Source: Malacoraja senta (taxonomy: Eukaryota). Taken from it: a stretch of DNA of 64,000 bases. This document shows, one piece after another, positions 46,506 to 59,352 of the stretch; position 1 is the stretch's first letter, and the number at the start of each line of letters is the position of its first letter. Position numbers and translations under genes: made by a program. The stretch covers positions 9,486,001 to 9,550,000 of the forward strand of contig CM075990.1 of assembly GCA_038087875.1 (NCBI GenBank), in the 5' to 3' direction. Below the pieces are notes generated by a model, which saw only the letters and a program-made list of their open reading frames with translations, searched no databases and was not told the DNA's origin.

Positions 46506-49500
46506 ATCCATAGTTAGTTTGGTCGTGCTCTCCCAGCACTGCACCGAGTCTCAGATGTGATTAGGAGCTCAAGAGTAGCCTCAAAATTCTAATTGGTGCT
46601 GCCTTCAAGATGATTGAAAAAGAGCCAAGGCTCCAAACTAGGTCAACTTTAACTCCAGCTAAACAGAAAAAACCACACCCAATAACCAGTCTACCTCTGC
46701 AGTTTTAAACAGGCAAATGATACGAGAACCTTTTTTTAATGTGAACAGTTTTGCAATGCTAGACTCAAGATTACTATCCATCCTTGGATTGTACAATCAT
46801 CCCAAGGAGGCCTATGGTGCTTTACAGAGACAGAGAGTGATTTCCCCCCAAATCCCCAAAGGGCAGAACGCATACTGTTTTAGAAAGAACATTTCAATGC
46901 ACTCCTATAGTAACATTGAAATTTGTTCTTGTCTTACCTTCTTCAAATTTGACCTTGGGATCATTATCTTCCAAACCAAGATACCATTGCTTGGTATATC
47001 AAAGGAATGATGCCACTAATGTTTCACTGGTGACATCTTTTTTTAAGCAACCTATAGCGGATCTGACTGTTTAATAGTTTTTGTCTCAAAGCCAGGACCA
47101 ATAAACCACAATCTAAGTTGAGGATGAGAATTTAGTTCTTAAAATAATTTAGGAAGATGGGTCTCAGTAAACTGACCATGAGGAAAGTCATTAAAATCTA
47201 AAAGGTTTATAAAAGCCCAAGGAATGGAAACCTAATCTTCTAGCCAGCGCAGCATTTCAGGCCTTCAACTACTTTCAAACTGCCTTTGAAAAGGCTCAGA
47301 GTTAAACTCTGCTGTTTCAAACAAGTTATAAGAAAATATCAAAAAAAGTTAACATAGCCCTGAAAATCAGGCAGTGGGTTGATACTGTCTTTTGCACCCT
47401 TGCTTGTAAGGAGCTGAACCGAGTGGAAAGTTCCACTTTGCCACTTAGGAAATCAAATAACAGCAAATGTAGTTTCTGTGGATAGAGAAACAGGGATTGT
47501 AGATTAATTAACCCTTTATCAGAATACTAGAAGGGAATTAATCAGACTCACAATGTGCAGGTTTATAGGTGAATCTTACGGTTTTCCATTAAATCAGCTA
47601 TCACGATACCAGTCTGAATTCCATCAGTGAACGAAACACCAAAATGAACGTGTCTGATAACTGTGTTTTGCCTGGACAAAAGGCAGGAGACAAAACCATC
47701 TAACAATGAACGGTTAGGAGTATAGTCTTTGCAGGATTTTTATTTTTAACTAATTACTATAATAACATATCAATCCAATCACCAGACAATGGAATAAGAC
47801 CACAGGCAATGGAAGTTTTAGACTGTGTAGGATGGATAACAGCCCGCCTATGTGGAGATTACAGACTAGGGTCATGCTTGAAAATCTAGAAGGCAGTTGG
47901 ACATGTTCATCAGAAAAAGGGGAAAAAGAAGAGTGTGAAATCCTTCAGAGTGACTACATAGACTACAGAATGATCTAAACAGAGAATGAAGGCTTTCAGA
48001 AGGCTTAGAGGAGGCATTCAGAAGACTTAGAAAAGCTCAAGTACTTATTCCAGGATAATTTCTACATCAGGAAACCACACTTCCCAATGTCAAACTTGCT
48101 TGCTGCTTATTCTTCAAAAGCGTCAAGCATGTGGGCATAATTGCTCTCAAAATGTCGCTACCATCAAGTACTTCATGCAGCCAGAGGAACCTTCCCTGAC
48201 CTAACCAAGCCATGGCCCATGTTCAATTTATGACACCAGAAGCAAAAAGTCATAAGCTGCTCCTCATATGCATGCTCCAAGGGCTGAACTGAACATCTGG
48301 TTTATTAAAGTGCCACAATTTGACCTCAAGTATGCAAACTGATGATATTTCTTAAATGGCCTAATGGTCATATCAGTTTACAGCATGCATCGCCCACCAT
48401 CATGAGGAACAGATCCATTCATAATTGATCCCACCCAAACTAGAACTCTTATGCACATTCTCAGATGTGACAGAGGTTACGGGGAGAAGGCAGGAGAATG
48501 GGGTTCGGAGGGAGAGATCAATTAGCCATGATTGAATGTCAGACTAGACTTGATGGGCCAAATGGCTTAATTTGTTCCTATCACTTATGATCTTACGATT
48601 CCGAGCAAGAATGTACTCCACAATTCCCTCCAGGTTTCCATTAGAAACACAACCAAGCAAAGGAAATGTCAGTGCTATGGTCAATTGGGCAGCTGGGCTC
48701 AGGATAAGGCAAGCAAAGAAAACTGTGACAGATGCACCCATGAAATGGTTCCCCAGAGATTTCCAGCCTGTCTGTTCTGCATTTCTTTAATGTGCATTTT
48801 ACATCCGTTTCAGGTTATCACATACACCACACCGCAGGTTTAACATTGTTCCCGATTTGTGCACAGCGAGATCCTTCAAGCAGCAATGTTTTAATGATCA
48901 GATGTTGGCTCAGGTTATATTTTGGCAAGAAAACCAGAGACCTCTCCTACCTTTCTTCAAGTTAACACTGTGGAATGGTTGATATTTACTTGGTCGAAGA
49001 AAAGGACGTCATTATTAACATCTTATGTTAAAGTGTGGAGTGCTATCACACAGTGGACAAATGGTCTTGTATCTGGAGGTCTGGGTTATTGCTATCGAGG
49101 CAATGGTTTAAATCTCACCACAGCAGGTGGAACATTTGAAATGCTCGTATCAGTAAAGCTGATCATGAAGCTTCACTAAATTGCAAATGCCCAGATTCAG
49201 GAATATCCTTAAAGAAATTCAGCGACCTTGTCCACTCTGTTCTATATTTAAACACCACTGTGATGGACGCAGGTATTATCAGAAGCAAGCTCCTCAGTTC
49301 TGTTGGGTGGAGGGCAGCTGGGGATGGGCAATGAATGATAGGTAACAATGCAAATGTTACAATTAAAAAATGGTTAAAATGCAGGTATAAAAGCAGAGCT
49401 GAAGGATCAAAAGGATTAAGAACAAACAAGGTCTTTTCATATTTTGAAAGTACTTTGAAGAGGCAATTATAACCCAATTCACAAATGGCCACACAGAACA

Positions 49501-50082
49501 CTGAAGCTCGTCATTTCACTCAAATACTTTATTTAAAAAGTTAGTTTGACGAATCATAGGACCCTCCACCCCTTGATGCAGTTAAAAAACAGCTGTAGTT
49601 GTGGAAGGATCTGCGAGCAGCACAGGGATTATCATTGCTTGCCATCATTGTCTGTTCCCCTGAAGGCTCGCTGAATCTTACCAGGTTATCTACAGGATAC
49701 TGGGACATCAGAATCCCTTGTGATTAACCACTTGTAGCCAAGAGACATTGGCAATAGTTCACAAAACATGGAATAATCTTTCATTAACAGTGTAAAACAG
49801 ATGGAAAATAACCAAGGTCATGGACGTATGTTCAGAAGACTGTACAAACTGGAGGATCGAGGTAAAGTTGCACCATACTGTTCAATCCAACCTAGATTTG
49901 GAACACGTTCTATGGATGTGGCTCCAATCAATAATCAGATATCCCACCTGCTAAGACCAAACTTAAATGTAGAGGGCTTTTCAACTTCACTTGGAACAGG
50001 ATTTGCACACATTTGAAGTTTCAATGAGATGAGCTACCTTCATTTTTTATATTTATCTCATTTGAGATAATCAAAGGATTTA

Positions 50083-50390
50083 ACATAGAAACATAGAAAA
50101 TGCTGGAGGAGGCCATTCGGCCCTTCGAGCCAGCACCACCATTCATTGTGATCATGGCTGATCGCTCCCAATCAATAATCCGTGCCTGCCTTCTCCCCAT
50201 ATCCCTTGATTCCACTAGCCCCTAGAGCTCTACCTAACTCTCTCTTAAATCCAGCCAGTGATTTGGCATCCACTACTCTCTGTGGCAGGGAATTCCACAA
50301 ATTCACAACTCTATGGGTGAAAACGTTTTTTCTCACCCGTCTTAAATGGCCTCCCCTTTATTCTAAGACTGTGGCCCCTGGTTCTGGATT
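50083..50390 (-). mobile_element. CR1 LINE 3' end
   Basis: (acatagaa)n tail, gaggccattcggcccttcgagcc, aattccacaaattcacaactctatgggtg. Confidence 0.8.
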
Positions 50391-51379
50391 TACTGTTCTA
50401 TCTATTGTGTATATCCCAATTGAAAACATGATTGGAAGCAGAGCTTTTTTAGCTGAAACAACTTGTAGACTCTCTAATATCATGGCTAGAACAGAATGCT
50501 TGCACATGGTAGCTATAGTTAGATTTTAAAAATACCAGTCAGTTGCTTGATTAAGATCTTTGCCTCTTATCCAGTTATGACTCGCTCCCACTATTCTTGG
50601 TGAGGCCTTGCCTTTCCAGGTTTTGTAAGCTGCTGCTGTGAAGTCTTTGGGGACAGCCAAGTCCATTGTCCACTTTATGCTTCATCCAGCATTGGCTCAA
50701 ACAAACATCTTCCCTCCTGGATTTTCATGCACTATTTGTACGGGCATCTCCCAAAATTATTTAATGGACAATTACGAGAAATTAATGAAAGTCCCAAATG
50801 CAAATAAATAATTGTAATCAGTGTGGCAGTTAAAACTACCTTGCACTGTAATGCGAGGACAGAAGTTAAGTGCAAGTGCAAAACTTGGTTTCCTATATTT
50901 TAGACACTATCTTCACTTCACTTATTTCCCCAACAAACAATAAATTGGAATTGTGAAAGTGAGGAAGGATTGTAAAGAATACAGCCCTACTGCATATTCA
51001 TGCAAGTTTAGAAGCAACCTGGGCAGAAATATTCCTTATATTTACAGCAGCGGAGGATGAATTAAGTTTCGCTTCTTTGCTTAAGTCTCAGTAAAGAAAT
51101 GCCCAACTCAAATTTACAAAACCCTCCACCAGTGGTTCAAAGTGGTGGATCACAAAGGATTAAATAGATTAAGAAATGGATTTCTCTAGGTGTGTACTTT
51201 AGCTCAGCAGTGATGATCAGTCCCAAGTTATAGATTAAAACAGCTGAAGGCCTGCATTCCTTTCAAGAATGCAGTCGACAGCAGCTAAGAACAGATGAAT
51301 CCATTCAGTACAAATGTGGTGTGCTGACACTAAAACAAACCCAAGGGCAGATCTGATGAGGCATTTGAAAAGAAATGTA

Positions 51380-51385
51380 TTTATT
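51380..51385 (-). terminator. Likely main poly(A) signal of SEC24C
   Basis: AATAAA on the minus strand about 1.1 kb after the stop, followed by U-rich sequence. Alternative AATAAA hexamers at 52167-52172 and 49528-49533. Confidence 0.55.
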
Positions 51386-52514
51386 GCATCAAAATTTTAT
51401 GTCCCGTTTACAACAGCACATTTTTAATATATATATATTTTTACAGCAGGCTGCAAAAGTCAGCATGGTAAACCGACCTAATAAATAGGAATGGGAAAAT
51501 ACAAAGGAAAAATGCCTTGAAAAGGAATTGTGCCTTTAATCCTGGGTCACTACTGCTCATCTGATTTGTAATGGACATGAAAACAGTAATATACTCCTCT
51601 CCTCAAAGATTGGCATCAAATCCTATCAAAGTCTTGCAATCACAAGGCTTACAATCAAAACACAAAGTTGTGGTTGAAGGATTGAATTAAGTCATTCCTT
51701 TTTGCATTTGATATGTTTGGTTGGATAATGGTTGATACTCCAATTATGAAACACATTGGAGCCATCATTGACTTTGAACAGGGCAGCAGTTTGAGAATGC
51801 CTGCTATCTACTCCCTTCTCTGATTAGTATCTAAAATCTGAAACAGAAATACAGAAAATTTGCAAACATTTAAAAAATTCTCCCCCACCCCACCCACCCC
51901 CCACCAAAGCCATTTCTGTACGTCAAGTTTTTTTTTAAAGAATCTGCAAGGGAGATAAGATTATGGAAATTAATCAAAGGTTAAGCATTCACAAGTGAAT
52001 AGATAACTTATTTTCATTCACAAATCTATTCACATTTAAAGACCTAATTAACAGAACCAAGAAAAGAAAGCTGTGTACAACATGAAATGATTACTATTGA
52101 TGCATATAAAAATAATTTCCAGAAGTCAAACCATGTTAGCAAAGCCACAAACTGAATTTTGTTCAATTTATTGACTTGAAATCTTGTGTATTTGGAGTTT
52201 TCCTTCCATACATCCACACAGTGCATTCCTGCCCACATCTCCTCACACACAAGGGACACAGTAATACCAGTGTTGAAAAGATAGCTCTCATAGAAGATTC
52301 TAAATCATATACATTATACTGTACTATTAATTCCTTACATTACATTCAGTATTAACAGGTTAGCCACACACCCATGTTGCTTCCATGACAGCTGTTGACA
52401 GACAAGACCCTTACTGACATCAAGCACTGGGCCTGCTGGGCTACAGCTGGGAAACATTTCCCTCAGAGTATACAGCTCCGTCCAACCCTCTCAATCCCAC
52501 CCTGCTGCCCCAGA

Positions 52515-52655
52515 TTAGCTGAGCAGTTGTCGTATCTCCTTGTGCATATGGCATAGAAAGTCCACGTAAGAGGCTCCACCGTTTGAACTCTTGTCCTCCA
52601 TAAGAAAATGCTTGAAGAGCACCTCCATCTTGTCTTCTTGCTTCACTATCAAGAG
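52515..52655 (-). CDS. SEC24C: Sec24C last coding exon
   Basis: ttgcAG acceptor; 141 nt including TAA; LLIVKQEDKMEVLFKHFLMEDKSSNGGASYVDFLCHMHKEIRQLLS*. The ending CHMHKEIRQLLS is the SEC24C-type terminus (SEC24D recalled as CCVHKEICQLLN). Confidence 0.95.
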   Translation of the reverse strand, partial: LLIVKQEDKMEVLFKHFLMEDKSSNGGASYVDFLCHMHKEIRQLLS

Positions 52656-53049
52656 CTGCAAGCACAAGAGCATATTGTCCTTAACACAGGGCAACACATA
52701 TAATTAAAACAAATGTATTAATTTTGAAGGATGGTCACTCTGTTGGAGACCCACCACAAGATTTGCACAAAGCTGAATCCCACAAATAGTGAATTAAATA
52801 ACTGTTTTCTTTGTGCTGGATCATGAAAGGTTGGTCAGGGCATGGAAAATCCCCAAATCCTCATCACAGAGTACAGGAACCACCAACATCCAGTGGGAAG
52901 GTGGCATCAAAGGTTAACACCTCACCAGCAATGCAGTTTCCTCTCCAAAACTGCACTCCAGTGCCAGACTTGTTTCTGACAGGCCTAAAGGACCCTGCAC
53001 AACAAGATTAGGAACTAATCCCTTTCCCTGCATAATACATAATCCAATC

Positions 53050-53470
53050 AAAAAGCAACATGCTGGAGGAGTTCAGCGGGTCAGGCAGCATCTGTGGTAG
53101 GAAATGGACAGATAATGATTTAGGTTGGGACCCTTTTCAAAGATTGAAGAGGGGAGATAATTGTTATAGAATATTGAGGGGAAGGGGTGGGGCAAGTGAT
53201 AGGCAGATCCAGGTACGGAATGTGTAGGAAAGAACTGCCGATGCTGGTTTAAATCGAAGATAGACACAAAATGCTGGAGTAACTCAGCGGGCCAGGCAGC
53301 AACTCTGGAGAGAAGGAATGGCCGATGTTTCGGGTCAAGAACCTTCCTCTGAGGAAATGTCGCCCATTCCTTCTCTCCAGAGATGCTGCCTGTCCCGCTG
53401 AGTTACTCCAGCATTTTGTGTCTACCTCCAGGTAAGGAATGGTTGACTGGCAGATGAGTTAGGCGGGAGA
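53050..53470. mobile_element. Nested Penelope-derived elements in the last SEC24C intron
   Basis: Younger fold-back copy 53223-53426, flanked by tccaggta(c/a)ggaatg (53208-53222 and 53427-53441), inside an older copy starting at about 53050. Confidence 0.8.
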
Positions 53471-53797
53471 GAAAAGTTGCGGCGATAGTCACAAAAGCTG
53501 GAGGCACTCTGTGTATATCCACTCTGTAAGTAGCGGAAGCTTTATCCTCCACCATAAGGCAGATAACCCCATGTCAAAGTTACAAGTGCCTAACCATACA
53601 AGAGTTCTGCCAGCTTGAAGTTCAGAAAATGATGGGGCAAATGGAGAGTCTGGAGATGCAGCTGCCACCACCATTTTCCAATTGTGACAAACCTTCCCTC
53701 CAGATTTTCAGTGATTAACATGGGAAGTTCCAAAAATAAAACATAATTCAAATAATTAATATGGCAAGCTATGTATTGCTGAACTCGAGTGTTTTAC

Positions 53798-53887
53798 CTT
53801 CATAAACCTGGGTCTCTGGGCACGAATTACATCAACCATGGAACGCAATTTTTTGGAGTACGGGTTATCCAACTGTGGCAGAGTGGC
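53798..53887 (-). CDS. SEC24C: Sec24C penultimate exon
   Basis: ttttcAG acceptor and AAG|gtaaa donor; 90 nt; ATLPQLDNPYSKKLRSMVDVIRAQRPRFMK. Confidence 0.93.
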
Positions 53888-54661
53888 CTGAAAATGAAAT
53901 ACAAGTCAAACCAGATGGCTAGCATTGCACAAAGGATAGGAAGCATAGTTATCAAAGCTTAACACTGAATGCACAATGAAGACATTTATGAACCGTAACA
54001 GTATCAAATGTCACTGTAAAACTGTAATACGTTTTACCGTTTACGTATTTACTTTACTGCATTTTTTTATTGAGACATTAGTTTCTCATGAATGAAAATC
54101 AATAGAACAAGATCCATTGGAATTAAAATTGCAATTTTGCAATTCTGTTGAGAAATTGGGACAATGTGAAGCAGTTTCAATCACTGTTATATTCAGGGAT
54201 CAATCCTGATGTAACAGCAACACAATCTATGGGAAGTCGGTGCAAAGTGCAGCTTATTCATGAATAACCTTGAATGGTTGAAGTGGCTGCACAGTATTCT
54301 AACACAGAATGCATTCTCACAATCTGCAGCAAGTTAAATTAAATCATGCTGCTCTGGAAAACTCAGGTACGCATGTATAAATTATACACCAGAAGGGCCC
54401 ATGCTTCAACAGTCAAAAGCACATTTGATTGAAACCCAGAGCAACAGCAAACATGTAAGATTTAAGACAATACTTCTAACATTCAAGAAGCAACTGGTCA
54501 GAATGGTGAACAAATTATTGTTCATTTTCAAGTCCCGGTATGCACAGAAGCACACCTGTCGTGTATGGTTAGTTTTGATATACAGCAGAAATGTTTTAGT
54601 GTTAATCAAGGCTCAGAGCTAAATATGACAAAAGGAAGATTCGTGTTAATCTGAAACCCAC

Positions 54662-54853
54662 CATTCCAGAGTCAATCTGGCCAAACGATTGCACATTAAA
54701 GATGCTCTGGATGAGTTCATGTTGTGTGCTCATTCCCACCCATATGAAGAGGTTCAAACCATTCTCCAGCAAATAGATGCCACCCTTTGATAGTCGTTCC
54801 TCTGAGCAACGAACGGCCACTGGAAAATCATCACTATCTACATCCATTTTGTG
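54662..54853 (-). CDS. SEC24C: Sec24C internal exon (gelsolin-like domain)
   Basis: ctcattAG acceptor and ATG|gtggg donor; 192 nt; HKMDVDSDDFPVAVRCSEERLSKGGIYLLENGLNLFIWVG...FGQIDSGM. Confidence 0.93.
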
Positions 54854-55297
54854 CTAATGAGAGAGAAAAGAACTCAAGTCACAATTGAACAATTTTAAGA
54901 CAAAGCAAATTTTAAGACTACCCGTTCCCATGTATTTTTCTCCTTTTGAATATATTTTTCAAAAGGAGAACCATACATTCGTAGACCCACAATATAGGTG
55001 AAATATCTAAAAAGTGTTTCCGAAAGATACTACAAAATGCTTTGGAGCCAAGTACTTTTGCTGCACTCACTGTTATGATGCAAGAAATATCACAACCATT
55101 TTGCACACAACAAAATCTCACATTAAGCAATGCAGCAAACTTTGAAATGATTTGATTTTAAAAAATGCATCTGTTCGGAAAATATTAGCCAGAGAATTGA
55201 AGATAATCCTCTTCAAGAGAGTCAAAGTGACCTCTTCCTTCATCATGGTGGACATGATTTGTTAAAATTGTGCTAATATTTCAGGACAGAAATTTTT

Positions 55298-55540
55298 GGG
55301 GTGGCACCGCGATACCTTACAGCTCCAGAAACCTGGGTTCAATCCTGATAACGGGTATGAAGTTCTCCTTGTGACCATTGTGGGTTTTCTATCACACTCC
55401 AAAGACGTACAGGTTAATAAGTTAATTAGTTTTGGTAAAAATTGTAAATTGTCCCTAGTGTAGGATAGCGCAAGTGTATGGTAGATGATCGCTGGTCAGC
55501 ACGAACTCAGTAGGCCGAAGGGCCTGTTTCCAAAGTCTAA
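55298..55540 (+). mobile_element. HE1/V-SINE in SEC24C intron
   Basis: B-box gggttcaatcc, cacactccaaagacgtacagg, tail ggccgaagggcctgtttcc. Confidence 0.75.
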
Positions 55541-55664
55541 AGACTGATATTACATGTATTACTTTAGGTATACAGCTTAAAACTGGTTTTGCACTAACTG
55601 AATTTGAATTTGAATATATAGCTCTGAACAAATTTAAATTAAAGGAAATGCAAAATGCTGAAAC

Positions 55665-56770
55665 TAGATAGGAGGGCAATGTGACAGGGAGAGTTGATAG
55701 AGGTGAACATGTGGATAAAGTGTATTTAAATTTCCCAAAGACATTTGACAAGCTGCCATACCAGAGGCCGGAGCATAAAATGTAGGGCCATGGTATTTGC
55801 TGAAGTGTGTTAGCATGGATTGAGAACAAGCTTTCACATAGAAAACAAAATTAGTATATTCAAGTTGGAGGGAAGTAACTAGTGGAGTTCTTGGCCCTCT
55901 AGTCATATTCATGATCTGCAGAAGGGAACAAAATGTAGCATTCCTAAATTTGGCAATATGACAATAGATGGAAGGGCATGTTGTAATGAGTGCATGGTGA
56001 TGTTGCAATGGCACAAAAGAGAGATTGGATGGATGGTCAAAAATACCGGCAAATGGAATTTAAAGTCAGGTAGTGCAAGTTCATTCACTTTGGGAAGAGA
56101 AATCAGAAGGCAGATTATCCAAATGGAGAGAGATTGCAAATGGGTTAGGTTTACAGGGATCTACGTGTTACAGTGCATGTTCAAAGGATTAGCAGGCAGG
56201 TCCAACAAGTACTTCATGTGGCAAATGGCAAGTTAGCCTTTATTACAAACGGGTTGAAGTTTAATAATAGGGAGGTTTTGTTACAGTTCCACAGTATGAT
56301 GAAGGGGGCCACAGCTGGAGTTATGTGGGTCGTATGACTTTAAAAATACAGTAGTATTCGAGGCAGCCCAAAGGAACGTCACAAATTAATTCCTGGATTT
56401 GTCCTTTTCATAGAGGTTGGACTAGTTAGATTTGTATACCTTGTAGTTTAAAAGAATGAAGGGCGATCTTTTTTTAAACATGGAATATCTTTATGAGGCT
56501 TGACAAGGTAGATGCTGAGATGTTTTCACTCGTGGAATTATCAGGAACAATGGGATATAGCTACGAAATAAGAGGCCAATCATTTAAAACTGATGCAGAC
56601 ATTCTTTGTAACAAGCCCATGGAATTCTCTACCCTTGAAGATGAAGACCAAATCATAAGAGTTATGTGAAAATAAATATTTGAAAAATTGTTTGAAGAAT
56701 TGTGGGTCAGTGGGAAATGGCACGGGGGAGGAGCAGAGGAGGCCAGCATAGATCAACCATGATCATAGGG
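55665..56770 (+). mobile_element. Old degenerate CR1 LINE in SEC24C intron
   Basis: Remnants VDKVYLNFPKTFDKLP, W.EVTSGV, ANGKLAFI and RMKGDL, plus 3' UTR gatcaaccatgatcat. Confidence 0.7.
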
Positions 56771-56875
56771 GCAACGTAACAGAAAATTGAAGTAAACCTT
56801 TCAGGCAAGGGTATCAGCATTTCATTGCAGCACAAAACCATGGATTGTACATTAACTACATGAATTGTTACTTAC

Positions 56876-57055
56876 CACAGGTAAAACCCTAGGGTAGAAG
56901 AACACGTTGGTTTCAGATACATCCATACTTGCAATGAGGTGACGGATGTAGGCCCGATCGTCAGTAGAAACGTCAGCTCCAGGCTGGAGAATATCACTCT
57001 TCAATACACAGTTCAGGTACACAGGCAGTAGCTTCATGCACTCTGGTAGAATCAG
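56876..57055 (-). CDS. SEC24C: Sec24C internal exon
   Basis: ttcctAG acceptor and GTG|gtaag donor; 180 nt; LILPECMKLLPVYLNCVLKSDILQPGADVSTDDRAYIRHLIASMDVSETNVFFYPRVLPV. Confidence 0.95.
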
Positions 57056-57392
57056 CTAGGAAAAAAGGTACAGCAAGAAAGATATAGTGAATAGGCCAGG
57101 GGTGGACTCATTGGTTGTAATTGGGCTAATGAGCAGGTCAAGCAAAGATTCTACCTGGCCTGTCTGTGACTGCAGTTCCATAGCAATGCGGTTGACTGCT
57201 AAACGTCCTCTGAAATGGTCTAATGAGCCACTCTATCAAGGGGCAATTTAAGATGGGCAGATCACTTATTAGTAATACTAATTTCCAAAACAAGAATTTT
57301 ATAGAAAATCACAAACACTTTGGAGAACTGGCACTTGTTGCTTTACAGCTGAAAAAGTAAAGGGAATATGAATGCGGTTTCATGTTTAGAAT

Positions 57393-57625
57393 GTAGATAC
57401 AAAGAAGTGCAGGTGCTGATTTAAAAAAAAAAAAAGACAAAGTGCTGGAGTAACTCAGTGGGTTAGGCAGCATCTCTGGAAAAAATGGATAGTTTCATTT
57501 CAGGTTGGGACCCTTCTTTAGAAGAAGTGTCTGAAGAAGGGTCCCAACCAGTAACGTCACCTAATTCATGTTCTCCAGAGATGCTGCTTGACCTGCTGAG
57601 TTACTCCAGTACCCTGTGTCTTTTC
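57393..57625. mobile_element. Penelope-derived short fold-back element in SEC24C intron
   Basis: Inverted arms around ccttctttagaagaagtgtctgaagaagggtccc. Confidence 0.8.
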
Positions 57626-58113
57626 AGGTTTTAAATTATTATTTCTGACTGGGTAAGTTGTTAAACATCAGAAAGCTGGTGAGAGGACAAAAATCACTGC
57701 ACAATATGGCTACTAAGATAAAAAAAAAAAGACCCGCGAGGGAATCCAGATGGGATCAATGATTTGGTTGAATGCAAAGACCTTCAACTCCGAGGCTCTA
57801 TATTTTTCAACTGTTTTTTTTAATTTTTATTGGGTTTCCAATTTTTCCTCACATCAAGAAATCCCTCTTTGCGTTGCAGCTGATGCCACACATCTGGTGT
57901 TGTCCTTTCCTTCCAGTGCCACCCTGAAATTTGCAGGGGCTTACTCAAGAAGTTCCAGGTAAGGTGTAGAGTACATGCTCCCATCCAACCAAGAACAAAA
58001 ATTTAGCATGCAATCTGTATTAATATTTAAACAGCTTCAACAAATTATGTTCTTCAGAGGGAAATTAGAGCAGGGGAATCATCTGGTGCAAATATTGAAT
58101 TATAGACATTTAG

Positions 58114-58410
58114 GTTAGTTTAGAGATACAGCATGGAAACAGGCAGTTTGGCCCACTGAGTCCACATTGACCACCGATCTCCCGTTCAATTCTCCGTTAT
58201 GCCACTTTCTCATCCATTCCCTACACATAATGGGCTTTTTTTTAACTGGGGTCAATTGGCTTACAAAGCCACATCTTTGGGAGGAAACCAGATCATCCAG
58301 CAGAAACCCAGAGGAAGAATGGGCAAACTTCACACAGACAGCACCAGAGGTCAGGATCGAACCGGGGTCTTTGGTGGTGAGAGGCAGCCGCTCGACCAGC
58401 TGCATCACCC
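58114..58410 (-). mobile_element. V-SINE in SEC24C intron
   Basis: ttagtttagagatacagcatggaaacagg ... cacacagacagcaccagaggtcaggatcgaaccgggg. Confidence 0.75.
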
Positions 58411-58537
58411 TAGAATAATCAGTAACTTGTAAAATACAAGGAACAAACGAGATTAAACAAAGTGGCAAATGTGGAGAAAAGCACCAATGCAACATTGTTA
58501 ATGATAAATACAAGATTTTTATTGGGTTTCCACTCAT

Positions 58538-58822
58538 CTCCCTACTACCTTCAGGTAGAAGGTACAGGAACCTGAAGACTACAACGACCAGGTTCAGGAA
58601 CAGCTACTTCCCCACAGCCATCAGGCTATTAAACCTGGCTCAGACATAACACTGAACTTTACTAGCCAATACTGTTATTTGCACTTTATCAGTATATTGA
58701 CCATTGTGTATATATTTATAGAATGCCTTGTAGTAAATGCCTACTATGTTCTGTTGTGCTCAAGCAAAGCAAGAATTTCATTGTCCTACCAGGGACACAT
58801 GACAATAAACTCACTTGACTTG
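58538..58822 (+). mobile_element. Rex1/L2-type LINE 3' end
   Basis: LLPSGRRYRNLKTTTTRFRNSYFPTAIRLLN; tail aataaactcacttgacttga. Confidence 0.8.
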
Positions 58823-59233
58823 AAGATCTCATTAGAAATGCTCCAAAATGCCAGTGCAAAGACTATCACACTCATGCTATGTTCCTCTCTAAGTATAGGG
58901 TGTAATAATCACATAATTATCTTGTTTGGTAGTCATGTAACAAAAATCCTGGATTCCAATGTTTTAATCCCATCAAGGGAAAATTAAGTGGGAATAATCA
59001 ATCTGAAATGAAAGGCCAGTGCCAATAAGCACAAAACTATTGGATTGTCATAAAACCAGATGTGGTTCATTAATATCATTTACAGTTCAATATTTACTTA
59101 TCAAAATAGTCCTGACGAGGCATTCAAGTGGAATTGAGGAGGTAATGAATGCTGGTCTTGTCAACAACACTGACCATCGGGTGAATAATAACCAAAGTAA
59201 TTACAATCTACATTTGCAAAATAAAACTCTTAC

Positions 59234-59352
59234 CTGTCCGGCCGAAGATGGACTTGCACAATTCTTGCGGTAGCACGCCAAAATCTGAGCAGACTGGTTA
59301 ATTAAGGACTCTCGTACAGTCTTTGTGGAGTTGTTCAGAACAGAGCGATAAG
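59234..59352 (-). CDS. SEC24C: Sec24C internal exon (helical domain)
   Basis: ttgcAG acceptor and CAG|gtaag donor; 119 nt; (A)YRSVLNNSTKTVRESLINQSAQILACYRKNCASPSSAGQ. Confidence 0.95.
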
